From NCBI GenBank assembly GCA_038087875.1, contig JAXLNO010005073.1, positions 248,001 to 312,000 on the forward strand: a stretch of DNA of 64,000 nucleotides, read 5' to 3'. Positions 25,101 through 37,511 of this stretch are shown in pieces. The notes beneath the pieces were generated by a model. The model did not search any database. It saw only the letters and a program-made list of their open reading frames with translations, and was not told the origin of the DNA. Source of the DNA: Malacoraja senta (Eukaryota). How positions within the stretch are numbered: the first letter of the stretch is position 1; each line of letters starts with the position of its first letter. Position numbers and translations under genes: made by a program.

Positions 25101-28100
25101 TGGAGCCACACAGGAGAACCAAGAGATTCATTTCAGTTCACCTGCATGAATCAAAGAGAATAATATCCAGTGATGGAAATAACATCTAGTTTTCAGTGTA
25201 TAACAGAACAGGAAAATATGAACTAATTCAAGTATAAATGCAGAGGAAATATCAGAATCAGAATCACATTTTATTGGCCACGTAATAATACACAGGGAAT
25301 TTGACAGTGCTTTGCTGGCATAAGGTAAAAACACGATATACAGCAGACAATTAAAAATAAAACATTATAATTTAAACATGTGAAAATAAAGTACCTGAGT
25401 AAAAAGAGGCTACCGACTTTTGGCTGTTGAGTAGAGCTACGGCTCGTGGGAAGAAGTTGTTTTTATGTCTGGCTGTGGCTGCTTTGACAATCAGGACTCA
25501 CCTGCCAGAGGGAAGTGATTCAAAGAGTTTGTGGCCTGGGTGAGAGGGGTCAGAGATGATCTTGCCCGCTCACTTCCTGGCCCTTGCAGTGTACAGTTCA
25601 TCAATGGAGGGAAGGTTGCAGCCAATAACCTTCTCTGCTGATCGGACGATTCGCTGCAGCCTCCAGGTATCGTGCTTGGTGGCTGAGCCAAACCAGACCA
25701 TGATGGAGAAGGTGAGGACAGACTCTATGATGGTAGTGTAAAACTGGACCATCATTGCCTGTGGCATGTTGTGTTTCCTCAGCTGCCGCAGGAAGTACAT
25801 CCTCTGTTGGGACTTTTTGACTGTGGAGTCGATGATGGCCTCCCAATTAAGGTTGCTGGAGATGATGATTCCGAAGAAATTAAATGACTCCACAGTTGTG
25901 ACTGTGGTGTTGTTGAAGATGAGTGGGGGAGGGGAGGGGGAGCTCTACAATCAGGAGGGGAGGATTGAGTCTACAATCAATTCCACTGTCTATAGAGCAC
26001 TGAGCTTCAGGTTGTTACCATGTCAACAGGACACCAGCTTTATGATTAGGGTGACTTGGACATCGTGCTGAAGTAAGCATGCAGGTACAGCAGGCAATGG
26101 AGAAAGCAAATGGCATGTTGGCATTCATAGCGAGATGATTTGAGTATAGGAGCAAAGAGATCCTACTGCAGTTGTACGGGGCCCTGGTGAGACCACACCT
26201 GGAGTATTGTGTGCAGTTTTGGTCTCCTAGTTTGAGAAAGGACATTCTTGCTATCGAGGGAGTGCAGCATAGGTTCACCAGGTTAATTCCTGGAATGGCG
26301 GACTGACATATTATGAAAGAATGGATCGACTGGGTATATATTCACTGAAATTTAGAAGGATGAGAAGGGTATCTTATAGAAACGTATAAAATTATTAAGG
26401 GATTGGGCAGGCTAGATGCAGGAAAAATGTTCCCCATGTTGGGCGAGTCCAGAACCAGGGGTCCCAGCTGACATCCCAGAGCCGGGGGTTTGTCCCTGTG
26501 GAAACTCACAACATTGTATCTCGGCGTGTGTGGAAATCTAATTCTTTGTTCCCTGTCCCTCTCTTGCAGGTTTACATAACAAGACGTACACAGTTTATCG
26601 CTCAGTCACAGATGACAGTCAACTCGACCTGATTTGTGAAGCTTCTCCTGAGCTCAGTGAAACCAAATGGACTTGGAGATCACCACGTTTCCAGAATCAA
26701 GAGAAGGAAATAGCTTCTTCTCACAGGTCTGGGCCGATACATGTCAACAGGAGCTACTTTCGGAATCGACTGGAAACCATAGAGGGAAATGTGAATGGCA
26801 AGAATTTCCATGTGAGGATTGTCCCCGTGCAGTTTGCAGATGCTGGAGTTTACACATGTTCCACGGGATCAAATATATATGTGACCATTGACCTAATCAC
26901 AGTTACAGGTAGGAGACTGGATGTTACTACTTTCAAGAATTAAGTTACTGGTGTAGAGTTTCTAATCTGAGTGCAGACTGCAATGTCAGCAGAAATTCCC
27001 AAGTTTGAAGAATTATTTTACCTCCAGAGCTTCCTCTTCAACTTATTTGTATTTTGCTGAACCCAAAATCTGCTCTAAACCAACATTATTGGGAAGCACA
27101 TCAAATGTTATTTTCATTTATTTCGCTGAAAACACATTGTTTTATACATAAGAGGGGGAATATGATGAAATGTGATTCACAAAGGTGCAAATGAGCTTCT
27201 ATCGAAAATATTTAAAAATCATTCAACTTCTCTTAATACATTCCCCAAGTTTCTTTGACCCCAAACGACCCATCCTAATTTTTGAAGGCTCACTGGACGC
27301 TTAAAACTGAGTGTATTTTGTGGAATTTATCGATTAATATTTACCTGGATGAGTGTTGTGGCCAAAACTGTGGCCAGAGACAATGATGTGGGCATTGGTT
27401 GCTCTTTGTATAATTAGTTCAAAACTGACGTGAATGATTATGGAAAAGACACTTGGAGAGGTACATGGATGGGAAAGGTGCAGAGGGATATGGGCCAAAT
27501 GTGGGAACATATTTTAGATGGAGCATCTTGGTCAGCATGGATGAGTTGGGCTGAATGGACCGAATTGTTTCATGCTGTGTGACTATGCCTCTAACTCTTG
27601 TTGTGTAATATAATTTTCCACACTTAGAACGCCAGATACTGGTGTCAAAGTACTGAGAAAAATACAACACAATCCAGACAAAATTCATTGTTTTACGATT
27701 TTCTTCTTTCCACAGTCACAACTGAACCATCTAGCGCAGTGACTGAGGGAAGAAACATTACCTTGACCTGCTCTGTGTCTCATGTCACTGAGTCAATAAG
27801 ACTGGTTTGGATCAATGATGAAGGCAAAGTTGTAGAGCAGAAAAATCTCATTCCAACAAAGCAGGAGAAGAATTCTTTGCAGCTGATTATTGCAATAGCT
27901 GATGGAGTAAGAAGGAAATGGACATGTGGTTTGTTTCATCAAAGAACAGCCAAGGTTGTCATTCCATATAATCTGCAGGTGAACAGTAAGTTTCTTAGCT
28001 TCTGCTCTTCGTTATCTCGACACAGAGTTCTTGTCACGTTGCTATTCTTTTTGGATAACTTTTAACATTTCATGTCTTACTGCAAGTAGAGCTCAATCAT

Positions 28101-31100
28101 AGACATTTCCTGCAAACCTCTTGTCCATGCCTATAAGGTCACTTCTATTGTAAGTAGTCCAGGTCTCTGAAGCACATGGGAGCACATGGATCACTACTGC
28201 TGGCAGACCACTGACCAAGTCCTATGTTGGCCATCTCATTGAAGGTGATCGGGAATTTCATCATCAATGTCTGTCCACAGGTATGAAAACTGGTCCAGTA
28301 GTATGAAAACCAGTGTGTCACTGTGAACCTTTTTGTCAGAGGTCAGTATAGTAAGGTGGGCAGCTTGGTGGAAGATCTTTGCCATAACACCCAAACTGTG
28401 CCCCTTAAAGATCACAAAAGTAGTGAAAATCATCTTACAAATAGTTGTACAAGTTTCTTTCCCCTGTTCTGATGCTGTAAAACATTACAGCGGTTGAAGC
28501 ATCCACAGTAACTTCACCAAAGGCTGCCGTGTGAGAACAGAAGATGTGGGGGAGGGAATACTGATGTCTTCACCTTGTCTGACCATGGTGGCGCAGTGGT
28601 AGGGTTGCTGCCTTACAGCGCCAGGGACCCGGGTTCAATCCTGACTACAGGTGCTGTCTGTATGGAGTTTGTACCTTCATCCCGTGCCCTGTGTGTGTTT
28701 TCTCGAGGATTTCCGGTTTTCTCCCAAATTCCAAAGATGTACAAGTCTGTAGGTTAATAGGCTTGGTTTAATTGTATGTTGTCCCTGTTGTGTAGGGTAG
28801 TGTTAGTCTGTGGGAATCGCTGGTTGGTGTGGACTCGGCGAGCCGAAGGGCCTGTTTCCGCGCTGTATCTCTAAACTAAACACGCCCTTTCCTCCCCATC
28901 ACCATCCATTAATCCCTGCCTTCATGTGGCCCCAAGCCTCGGTGAAAGACTTTTTGTACAATGCTGACAGAAGGCAAAGCACTGATCCCTAACAGAGGAA
29001 GATCCTGTAAACACCCAGGCACAAAGAAACAATCTCCACCACACATAGATCAATGAAGAGTCAGTGAAGCACAGTGGAAAGTATCAATGTCCCAACAGAA
29101 ACATTTTAATTCCTCATAGATAATAACATCATCCAATCATAGAATTGTGGAATGGTTGTAGCAGCAGAAGGTGGCCATTTGACCCATCATATCCATGCTA
29201 ACTCTCATCCACAGCAACTCGCTAATTCTACCCCCTCTCCTTTTGCCATTACATTGCAGCTTTTTCATCACTATATATTTCTCCAAATTCCTCTCTGGGA
29301 AAGCCACGATAGAACCCAGCTCCCAACTGATGCAGACAGTACACTTCAGACTCCAACTGCCTGCTGCCTAAAAAGATTTTCCTCAAGTCATTCTAACATG
29401 TTTTCCCCTTTATTTTAAACCTATAACTTTTTGTGCTCAGCCTTTCCACTGAAGGGAGCATCCTTCCACAATCCATTCTGTTCAGACTGAATAAATGATG
29501 CATAAATGAACAATTACGCCATTGTGCAGATAACTATTAATGACTATGATATAGTTGGGATCACGGAGACATGGCTCCAGGGTGACCAAGGCTGGGAGCT
29601 GAACATCCGGGGATATTCAATATTCAGGAGGGATAGACAGAAAGGAAAAGGAGGTGGGGTAGCGTTGCGGGTTAGAGAGGAGATTAACGCAATAGAAAGG
29701 AAGGACATTAGCTTGGAGGATGTGGAATCCATATGGGTAGAGCTGCGAAACACTAAGGGGCAGAAAACACTAGTGGGTGTTGTGTACAGGCCACCTAACA
29801 GTAGTAGTGGAGTTGGGGATGGCATCAAACAGGAAATTAGAAATGCGTGCAACAAAATAAAACAGTTATAATGGGTGACTTCAATCTACATATAGATTGG
29901 GTGAATCAAATTGGCAGGGTGCTGAGGAAGAGGATTTCTTGGAATGTATGCGGGATAGTTTTCTAAACCAACATGTAGAGGAACCAACGAGAGAGCAGGC
30001 TATTCTAGACTGGGTATTGAGTAATGAGGAAGGGTTAGTTAGCAGTCTTGTTGTGCGTGGCCCCTTGGGCAAGAGTGACCATAATATGGTTGAGTTCTTC
30101 ATTAGCATGGAGAGTGACATTGTTAATTCAGAAACAAGGGTTCTGAACTTAAAGAAAGGTAATTTTGAGGGTATGAGACGTGAATTTGCCAAGATTGACT
30201 GGCAATTGATTCTTAAAGGGTTGACGGTGGATATGCAATGGAAGGCATTTAAAGACTGCATGGATGAACTACAAAAATTGTTCATCCCAGTTTGGCAAAC
30301 GAATAAATCAGGGAAGGTAGTGCATCCGTGGATAACAAGGGAAATCAGGCATAGTATCATAACAAAAGATGAAGCGTACAACTTAGCCAGAAAAAGCAGC
30401 CTACCAGAGGACTGGGAGGAATTCAGAGTCCAGCAGAGGAGGACAAAGGGCTTAATTAGGAAAGGGAAAATAGATTATGAAAGAAAACTGGCAGGGAACA
30501 TAAAACCTGACTGCAAAAGATTTTATAGATATGTGAAGAGAAAGAGATTAGTTAAAACAAATGTAGGTTCCTTGCAGTCAGAAACAGGTGAATTGATCAT
30601 GGGGAACAAGGACATGGCAGACCAATTGAATAACTTCTTTGGTTCTGTCTTCACTAACGAAGACATAAATAATCTGCCGGAAATAGCAGGGGACCGCGGG
30701 TCAAATGAGATAGAGGAACTGAGTGAAATCCAGGTTAGCCGGGAAGTGGTGTTAGGTAAATTGAATGGATTAAAGGCCGATAAATCCCCAGGGCCAGATA
30801 GGCTGCATCCCAGAGTACTTAAGGAAGTAGCCCCAGAAATAGTGGATGCATTAGTGATAATTTTTCAAAACTCCTTAGATTCTGGAGTCGTTCCTGAGGA
30901 TTGGAGGGTAGCTAATGTAACCCCCCTTTTTAAAAAGGGAGGGAGAGATAAAACGGGGAATTACAGACCAGTTAGTCTAACATCGGTAGTGGGGAAACTG
31001 CTAGAGTCAGTTATTAAAGATGGGATAGCAGCACATTTGGAAAGTGGTGAAATCATTGCACAAAGTCAGCAAGGATTTACGAAAGGTAAATCATGTCTGA

Positions 31101-34100
31101 CGAATCTTATAGAATTTTTCGAGGATGTAACAAGTAGAGTGGATAAGGGAGAACCAGTGGATGTGTTATATGTGGACTTTCAGAAGGCTTTCGACACGGC
31201 CCCACATAAGCGATTAGTATACAAACTTAAAGCACACAGTATTGGGGGTTCAGTATTGATGTGGATAGAGAACTGGCTGGCAAACAGGAAGCAAAGAGTA
31301 GGAGTAAACGGGTCCTTTTCAGAATGGCAGGCAGTGACTAGTGGGGTACCGCAAGGCTCAGTGTTGCGTCCCCAGCTATTTACAATATACATTAATGATT
31401 TGGACGAGGGAATTGAATGCAACATCTCCAAGTTTGCGGATGACACGAAGCTGGGGGGCAGTGTTAGCTGTGAGGAGGATGCTAGGAGGCTGCAAGGTGA
31501 TTTGCATAGGCTGGGTGAGTGGGAAAATGCATGGCAGATGCAGTATAATGTGGATAAATGTGAGGTTATCCACTTTGGTGGCAAAAACAGGAAAGTAGAC
31601 TATTATCTAAATGGTGCCCGATTAGGAAAAGGGGCGATGCAACGAGACCTGGGTGTCATGGTACACCAGTCGTTGAAAGTAGGCATGCAGGTGCAGCAGG
31701 CAGTGAAGAAAGCGAATGGTATGTTAGCATTCATAGCAAAAGGATTTGAGTATAGGAGCAGGAAGGTTCTACTGCAGTTGTACAGGGTCTTGGTGAGACC
31801 ACACCTGGAGTATTGCGTACAATTTTGGTCTCCAAATCTGAGGAAAGACATTCTTGCCATAGAGGGAGTACACAGGTTCACCAGATTGATTCCTGGGATG
31901 TCAGGACTTTCATATGAAGAAAGACTGGATTGACTCGGCTTGTACTCGCTAGAATTTAGAAGATTGAGGGGGGTTCTTGTAGAAACTTACAACATTCTTA
32001 AGGGATTGGACAGGCTAGATGCAGGAAGATTGTTCCCGATGTTGGGGAAGTCCAGGACAAGAGGTCACAGTTTAAGGATTAAGGGTAAATCCTTTAGGAC
32101 CGAGATGAGAAAAACATTTTTCACACGGAGAGTGGTGATTCTCTGGAACTCTCTGCCACAGAAGGTAGTTGAGGCCAGTTCATTGCCTATATTTAAGAGG
32201 GAGTTAGATGTGGCCCTTGTGGCTAAAGGGATTAGGGGGTATGGAGAGAAGGCAGGTACAGGATACTGAGTTGGATGATCAGCCATGATCATATTGATTG
32301 GCGGTGCAGGCTCGAAGGGCCGAATGGCCTACTCCTGCACCTATTTTCTATGTTTCTATGATGTGATGAAAGAGCATTATTGACTCTTGTCTTCAAACTC
32401 TCTCTTCAGTGTGCCATGGTAATAACTGGACAGAGAACAGCCATTAAAAGAATCTCAATTATACCAGCCATGTTTACTGTTTAGTTTAGAGATACAGCGC
32501 GGAAACAGGCCCTTCGGCCCACCGGGTCCACGCCAACCAGCGATCCCCGCATAATAACACTATCCTACACCCACTCGGGACAATTTTTACATTTACCATG
32601 CCAATTAACCTACAAACATGTACCTCTTTGGAGTGTGGAAGGAAACAGAGGATCTCGGAGAAAACACATGCAGGTCCCGGGGAGAAAGTACAAACTCCGT
32701 ACTGACAGCACCCGTAGTCGGGATCGAGCCCGGGTCTCCGGCGCTGCATTCACTGTAAGGCAGCAACTCTACCGCTGCGCCACCGTGCCGCATTCATTGT
32801 GTCATCTCTTTGTGACATGTTTACAGTTTGACTTGCCGATTCAACTGCTTCAATGCACCATCTGATGTGATTATTTGACTGAACACAGCAACCTGCTCCC
32901 TGATGGTCACTGTGTGCTTCAGGTTGGTGTTATTAATCCTTACTCCTGGCGAGCAGCAGTCTCCCCCTGGGAGAGGACAACAGGGCTCTGACTATAGTCG
33001 GCTGAGAGTCCACTGAGGAATGAAGGCTTTGGTTGTCCTCTGCCTGTGCCTCAGTGCCAGTAAAACCCTGCTCCGTCAGCCGCTGCACCAAGGGAGAGGC
33101 CACCCCAACCCACACCGACTCCCACTGTGGTGTCCTCACCTCCCAGATTGGAAATCTGTGCTCCCGGCTGAGCAGAAGCCTCCCCATGTACGCTCATCTA
33201 GCACAGTCTCACTATGGAGCAGAACTGAAGTTGAACTTTATTTTACAAGGGTCGCGCACACCAGCCTCTCCATCCTTTGGCCTCATTGCAGACTGATGCT
33301 TTTGGGTGTTGAGCTGTCCTTAGAGGGCAGGACATATCAATCAGTGAGTGAATAGATTAGTTGGTGTGTGGAATTAATGCATGGATCAACCATCTCCAAT
33401 TTTACACTAAAAACACATGAAGTTGTGCTCATTAGGATTGCAATAATAATGTGTTCAACCTCATTGACATCAGTAGGCAATGGTTACATGCACAATACAG
33501 TTTTAGTACTTGAAGACCAAAATTAATTTTAGGAGTTGAAAATCGGAATTAAAAATAATAATAATAATCAGCAGGACAGATAGGAACTGTGAAAGAGGAA
33601 CAAGTCCAGCCATGATCGCATTAAATGGCGGTGCTGGCTCGAGGGGCTGAATGGCCTACTCCTGCACCTATTGTCTATTGGCAAAGATCCTTTCTTTGAA
33701 TCTGACAATGTTTTATTCATCATAAAACATGAACTCACTTCTTTCCCTTTCCACGGATACTGCTCAAACGGCTGAGTATTTGTAACGTTTACAGTTCTTG
33801 AGCTCCTGGTTAGAGAGGATTGAAGCTGGAGGGCAATATCCACTCTGTTGTCAGCAGTGTTCATTCAACCATTGTTCCAGGCTTGGACTTTGATAGACAT
33901 TTGTCCACTGTACAGGGGGAAGTATCACAGCTGAATCAGCTACTTTATCAACCAACCATCAGCTCCCATCTCCTGCCTGAGAAATGTCAGCTGATTGTAA
34001 CCAAGAAATAGAAACTTGTGTGAATGTTTACAGTCTCTAACTGATGGCTACTGAGAAAAGTTGTGGCTCTCTGATCTTTGTGAGTAAGGTTAATTTATCT

Positions 34101-34550
34101 GGGGAAAAAAAGACACAATGTGCTGGAGTAACTCAACGGGTCAGGCGGAATCTCTGGAGAACATGGATAGGTGAGGTTTTGGATCTTGACCCTACTTCAG
34201 ACTAAAGGGCTGCGACCCGAAATACCACCTGCCTAACCTGCTGAGTTTCTCCAACACTTTGTGTCTTTTATTGGTAAACTCTCATCTGCAGTACCTTGTG
34301 TCTCAGTGAATCTGGATCACAAGTTAAACTCAAGACTTCTGATCTAAATTAGTCAGTGTGGTTAATGCCTGGTCTTTGGGGGAGCTTTTGAATGATGTCC
34401 ATTTATTCTACAAATGTGAACTCTGTGTTTATTATTTTGACAGGGAATTATACTTTTATATACATCATTGTTGGAATTATCGGGAGTCTGGCTGTTCTCA
34501 TCGTCATTATACTGGCAGTGGTGTGGTGTCAAAGAAAGCGCAAGCCTACA
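16144..34550 (+). CDS. Spliced gene: 8-Ig-domain type I membrane receptor, (V-C2-V-C2)x2-TM, CD4/LAG-3/G6F-like family; cytoplasmic exon(s) not resolved
   Basis: Ten exons with canonical AG/GT join in phase 1 from leader to TM (about 880 aa). Exon D5 is 344 nt and out of frame as assembled. Confidence 0.85.
16147..16243 (+). CDS. Leader (signal peptide) exon
   Basis: Acceptor ttatttccaaacag ends at 16143; [32 protein letters not shown]; donor A|GTAAGT, phase 1. Confidence 0.85.
16340..16577. repeat. 60-bp tandem repeat x4
   Basis: Consecutive 60-nt lines repeat in register. Confidence 0.95.
16600..16950 (+). mobile_element. Old L2-type LINE RT fragment
   Basis: [13 protein letters not shown] ... 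[12 protein letters not shown] resembles the L2 RT motif LDLSAAFDTVDH. Confidence 0.65.
17142..17483 (+). CDS. Exon D1, V-like Ig domain without canonical cysteines
   Basis: 342 nt, phase 1-1, cgcaacag| ... G|GTGAG; DIVLNGP...[10 protein letters not shown]...[23 protein letters not shown]...YEIFGMK. Confidence 0.85.
18095..20135 (+). mobile_element. Rex1/Babar LINE, 5'-truncated and decayed
   Basis: [43 protein letters not shown]. Confidence 0.92.
20183..20452 (+). CDS. Exon D2, C2-like Ig domain
   Basis: 270 nt, ttttcacag| ... G|GTGAG; [34 protein letters not shown]. Confidence 0.9.
21508..21849 (+). CDS. Exon D3, V-set Ig domain
   Basis: 342 nt, gatacag| ... G|GTAGG; [40 protein letters not shown]. 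Confidence 0.92.
21928..22188 (+). CDS. Exon D4, C2-set Ig domain with WxC motif
   Basis: 261 nt, ttccacag| ... G|GTAAGT; [33 protein letters not shown]. Confidence 0.92.
23198..23541 (+). CDS. Exon D5, paralog of D1, frameshifted as assembled
   Basis: cctacag| ... G|GTAATA, 344 nt. D1-like motifs ([15 protein letters not shown]; LEWRPHSG; GTLNLRI; [22 protein letters not shown]) alternate between two frames. Confidence 0.8.
24150..24532. repeat. ~53-bp G-rich minisatellite, about 7 units
   Basis: ggaagtgttgatgtgggagacgagggggcgagggggacaggtggtcactacca repeated. Confidence 0.93.
24657..24929 (+). CDS. Exon D6, paralog of D2, F-strand Cys replaced by Trp
   Basis: 273 nt, ttccacag| ... G|GTGAG; [27 protein letters not shown]. 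Confidence 0.9.
25250..25990 (-). mobile_element. Rex1/Babar LINE 3' fragment
   Basis: [42 protein letters not shown]. Confidence 0.85.
26066..26465 (+). mobile_element. CR1 ORF2 3' fragment
   Basis: [15 protein letters not shown]-encoding sequence. Confidence 0.85.
26570..26908 (+). CDS. Exon D7, V-set Ig domain, paralog of D3
   Basis: 339 nt, ctcttgcag| ... G|GTAGG; [40 protein letters not shown]. Not in the supplied ORF track because it lacks an in-frame start. Confidence 0.9.
27716..27985 (+). CDS. Exon D8, C2-set Ig domain with WxC motif, paralog of D4
   Basis: 270 nt, ttccacag| ... A|GTAAGT; [29 protein letters not shown]. Confidence 0.92.
28583..28878 (+). mobile_element. HE1/V-SINE-type SINE
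   Basis: Similar to 4022-4312. Confidence 0.82.
29505..32360 (+). mobile_element. CR1 LINE, near-complete ORF2 (APE endonuclease + RT), frameshifted
   Basis: [32 protein letters not shown]; (tttctatg) tail. Confidence 0.96.
32485..32790 (-). mobile_element. HE1/V-SINE-type SINE
   Basis: Reverse complement of the SINE head and core. Confidence 0.85.
34444..34550 (+). CDS. Transmembrane exon
   Basis: ttttgacag|; (R)[35 protein letters not shown]; hydrophobic span plus basic stop-transfer; donor ACA|GTAAAG, phase 0. Confidence 0.82.
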
Positions 34551-36254
34551 GTAAAGTACATGAAGACATCCTTAATGCAGCACAGATTCCCCAAATTATC
34601 AATGACAATGTTATCTTTGTTACAAGGAGAAAAGAACAATATATTTTGGATAAGAAAAGTATCTGTTTGTGCATATGTTGTTGAGAAATTGATTTCAGAC
34701 TTTTTGTGTTCAATTAAAGCATTATGTATGCAATGTGGATTGTCTACCTACCTGCGTTGCCATGAGGAGTCTGCTGTATGATTTCAGGTGCTGTTCTGCA
34801 ATGATCTGACCACGTGGTGATTGTGGCACCATCCCCTGTATAAACCATTATCAAATAAACATGCCAGAAGATGAAGTATAGCTAGTGTAGTCATGTAGAA
34901 AATATGGTCTCCAATTTGCCCTCAACATGTTCCTATTTACTGAGGGATGAATATTGGCCAGGAAACCAGGAGACCAAGGTATCTCCACTGCACTTTGGTG
35001 ATTCACGTTCCAAAATCTATTGTGTCCCAAGAGGCCAGAAGGGGCCTCAGTTAAACAAATAATCTTTAATCTGGTGAGGCCAATGCTGCAACAATCCCAC
35101 ATGGCAACAGAGTGTTAGGCTCAACTGTGTGTTCAAATTTGGGGTTGTGCCTGCGGGTTTATTCTGTGTTGTTGAACAAACTGATCAGACGGGTATCGGG
35201 CTAGTACAACAGTTCATCAAGGTCACTGACACATGGAATACTCAATTCTTAAAGCTTCCCTTATATTTATATAAATCAACATTTTTTTCCCATTAAAAAA
35301 ATAAACCATTCCAATAACTGATCATTAGAAATATAAAATTACACATTGAATATATTAACTGTATGTACAATTATAAATTCAGTTGCTCCTTTACTTGTCA
35401 TCTTGACTTGTGAAAACTCTGCAGTGCAAAGATGCATTTGTCCACTCTCCAGATATTTTCAACTCTGCTAGATACCTCCACATGTTGGCCTTACCTCATT
35501 CATGGTCTCCTGTGCCTTCCCACCCATGTTCTGTCCAGCAATGGCTCTATTGTGGAATCCATACCGTAACTCAAATCCATGCTCATCCTGTACCTCATAT
35601 TCTCCATCACCATCTTCTTGGGCATCCTGTCCATGTAACACATGATCTATCCATGTAATTTGACTTCTGTCACTCATTCCCATCATTGCACCACCATTTT
35701 ATTCACAATATTTTTCCTGAACTGCATCCGAATTCTCAGATTATCAAATAGGATTTAAACCTGTGCTTCTGGACTATTAATCTCAAAGAGTCTTGGATTA
35801 ATATCCAGTTAACCTATGACAATCCAAAAGTACATCAAAGTAAGCAAACTAAATAATGTACCCATTAACAGGAGTCAGCACAACACATTTGAAAGTAAGT
35901 TGGAGAGAAACACATCACCAATTCTAAATCTGGTAATGTTGGGAAAAGTTAATTACATATTGTGTTTATCATATTTGTGGAAAACGGAGTTAATGGAATC
36001 TCTATTGTGTTTTGTTCAATGTGTGAAATTAAATTGTATGTAAAATCATGAGGGGAATAGATAGGGTGAGTGTGCAGAGTCTTTGACCCAGTATAAAGTA
36101 ATCAAAAACTAGAAGACATAGGTTTAAGTTGAGAGGAACCTGAGTGGCAGCTTTTTCACTCAGATGATGTTGGTTATATGGAACAAGCTGACAGAGAAGG
36201 TCAATGAGGAAGGAACTATAACTGCATTTAAAAGACACTTAGGTAGGTACATGA

Positions 36255-37250
36255 ACCACCGGGTGGCGGCGCAATGGCCGCCTCGCCAACAGTCTGTCTC
36301 GTCCTTTTCCTTCTTTGATGTTTTTTAGTATGTGTTAAATGGATGTTTTAGTGTTCTTTAGTTTTATTTTATGTGGGGGGTGGAGGGAGGTTGGGGGAAC
36401 CTTTTTAAAATCTCTTACCTCGACGAAGATGCATTTTTTCCGTATCGTATCTCCATCCGCATCCGCACTGTGGCCTAACATCGAGGTGCTGGCGGCCTCT
36501 TGCTGGGGATCGACCTTGGAGCTCCAACCGTGGGAGTCTGCAGGATATAACATCGTGGAGCTGGTGGTCCCTGTCGGGGATCGACCTTGGATCTCCAACC
36601 GTGGAGCCTGCAGGACTTAACATCGTGGAGCAGGTGGTCCCTGTCGGGGATCGACCTTGGAGCTCCAACCATGGGAGCCTGCAGGATGTAACATCGTGAA
36701 GCACGTGGTCCCTTGGTTAGGGATCGACTTCGGGAACTCCAACCGCGGGAGCCTGCAGGATTTAACATCGTGGAGCTGGTGGTCCCTTGGTTAGTGATCG
36801 ACTTCGGGAGCTCCAACCGTGGGAGCCTGCAGGACTTAACATCGTGGAGCACGTGGTCCCTTGGTTAGGGATCGACTACGGGAGCTCCAACCGTGGAGCC
36901 TGCAGGATTTAACATCGTGGAGCACGTGGTCCCTTGGTTAGAGATCAACTTCGGGAGCTCCAAGCCGCAGGAGCTTCGACCGCCCTGACCTGGGGGCTTC
37001 AATCGTCAGCTGCGGGAGCTTCTATCACCCCGAATGTGAATGGTTCGACTGCCCTGACCGCGGGAGAATAAAGAGTGAAGAAGATTAGACTTTATCGCCT
37101 TCCGTCACAGTGAGGAATGTGGAGAATCCACTGTGGTGGATGTTTATATTAACTTTTCTGTAGTTGTGTGTCTTGTTGCTTTTTCTAGTATGACTATGAT
37201 AAATTGAGTTTAATTGCACCTTAATTGCTGCACATGACAATAAAATACAT
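36255..37250. repeat. Unclassified interspersed repeat with internal ~60-70-bp tandem array (36480-36960)
   Basis: ttaacatcgtggagc...gggagcctgcagga units. Confidence 0.7.
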
Positions 37251-37284
37251 TTGAATCTTTGGAGAAGAAAGGTTAAGGTCATGG

Positions 37285-37511
37285 TGTAGCGGAAACTGCT
37301 GGCGCACATAGATATCGAACCCGGCGTTGGGAAGCCGCGGTCACGTGACTCGGGAGGGGCTGCTGTTTTCGTGCGGTTTCGTTTTGGCGCCACAGTTGTT
37401 TTGCTGACCACCGTTGTGATCAGACGTGTATGCAGAGACCTGTTTGCTAAGGAGCGAGTGTTCAATAAAAACCGTTCAGAAAACATAGTCGTCGTTTCTG
37501 CATCCGCTAAA
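37285..37511 (+). mobile_element. Short solo LTR (Gypsy-type), 227 bp
   Basis: TGTAGCGG...CCGCTAAA termini, internal AATAAA, 4-bp TSD ATGG. Confidence 0.8.

Noticed and set aside
33020-33355. ORF starting with signal-peptide-like [14 protein letters not shown] in the D8-TM intron
   Set aside because: Weak donor, no downstream partner exon, rest of ORF featureless; possibly an old retroelement remnant.
35455-35760. Hydrophobic stretch (MLILYLIFSITIFLGILSM) as a second TM exon
   Set aside because: Flanked by in-frame stops and no recognisable homology.
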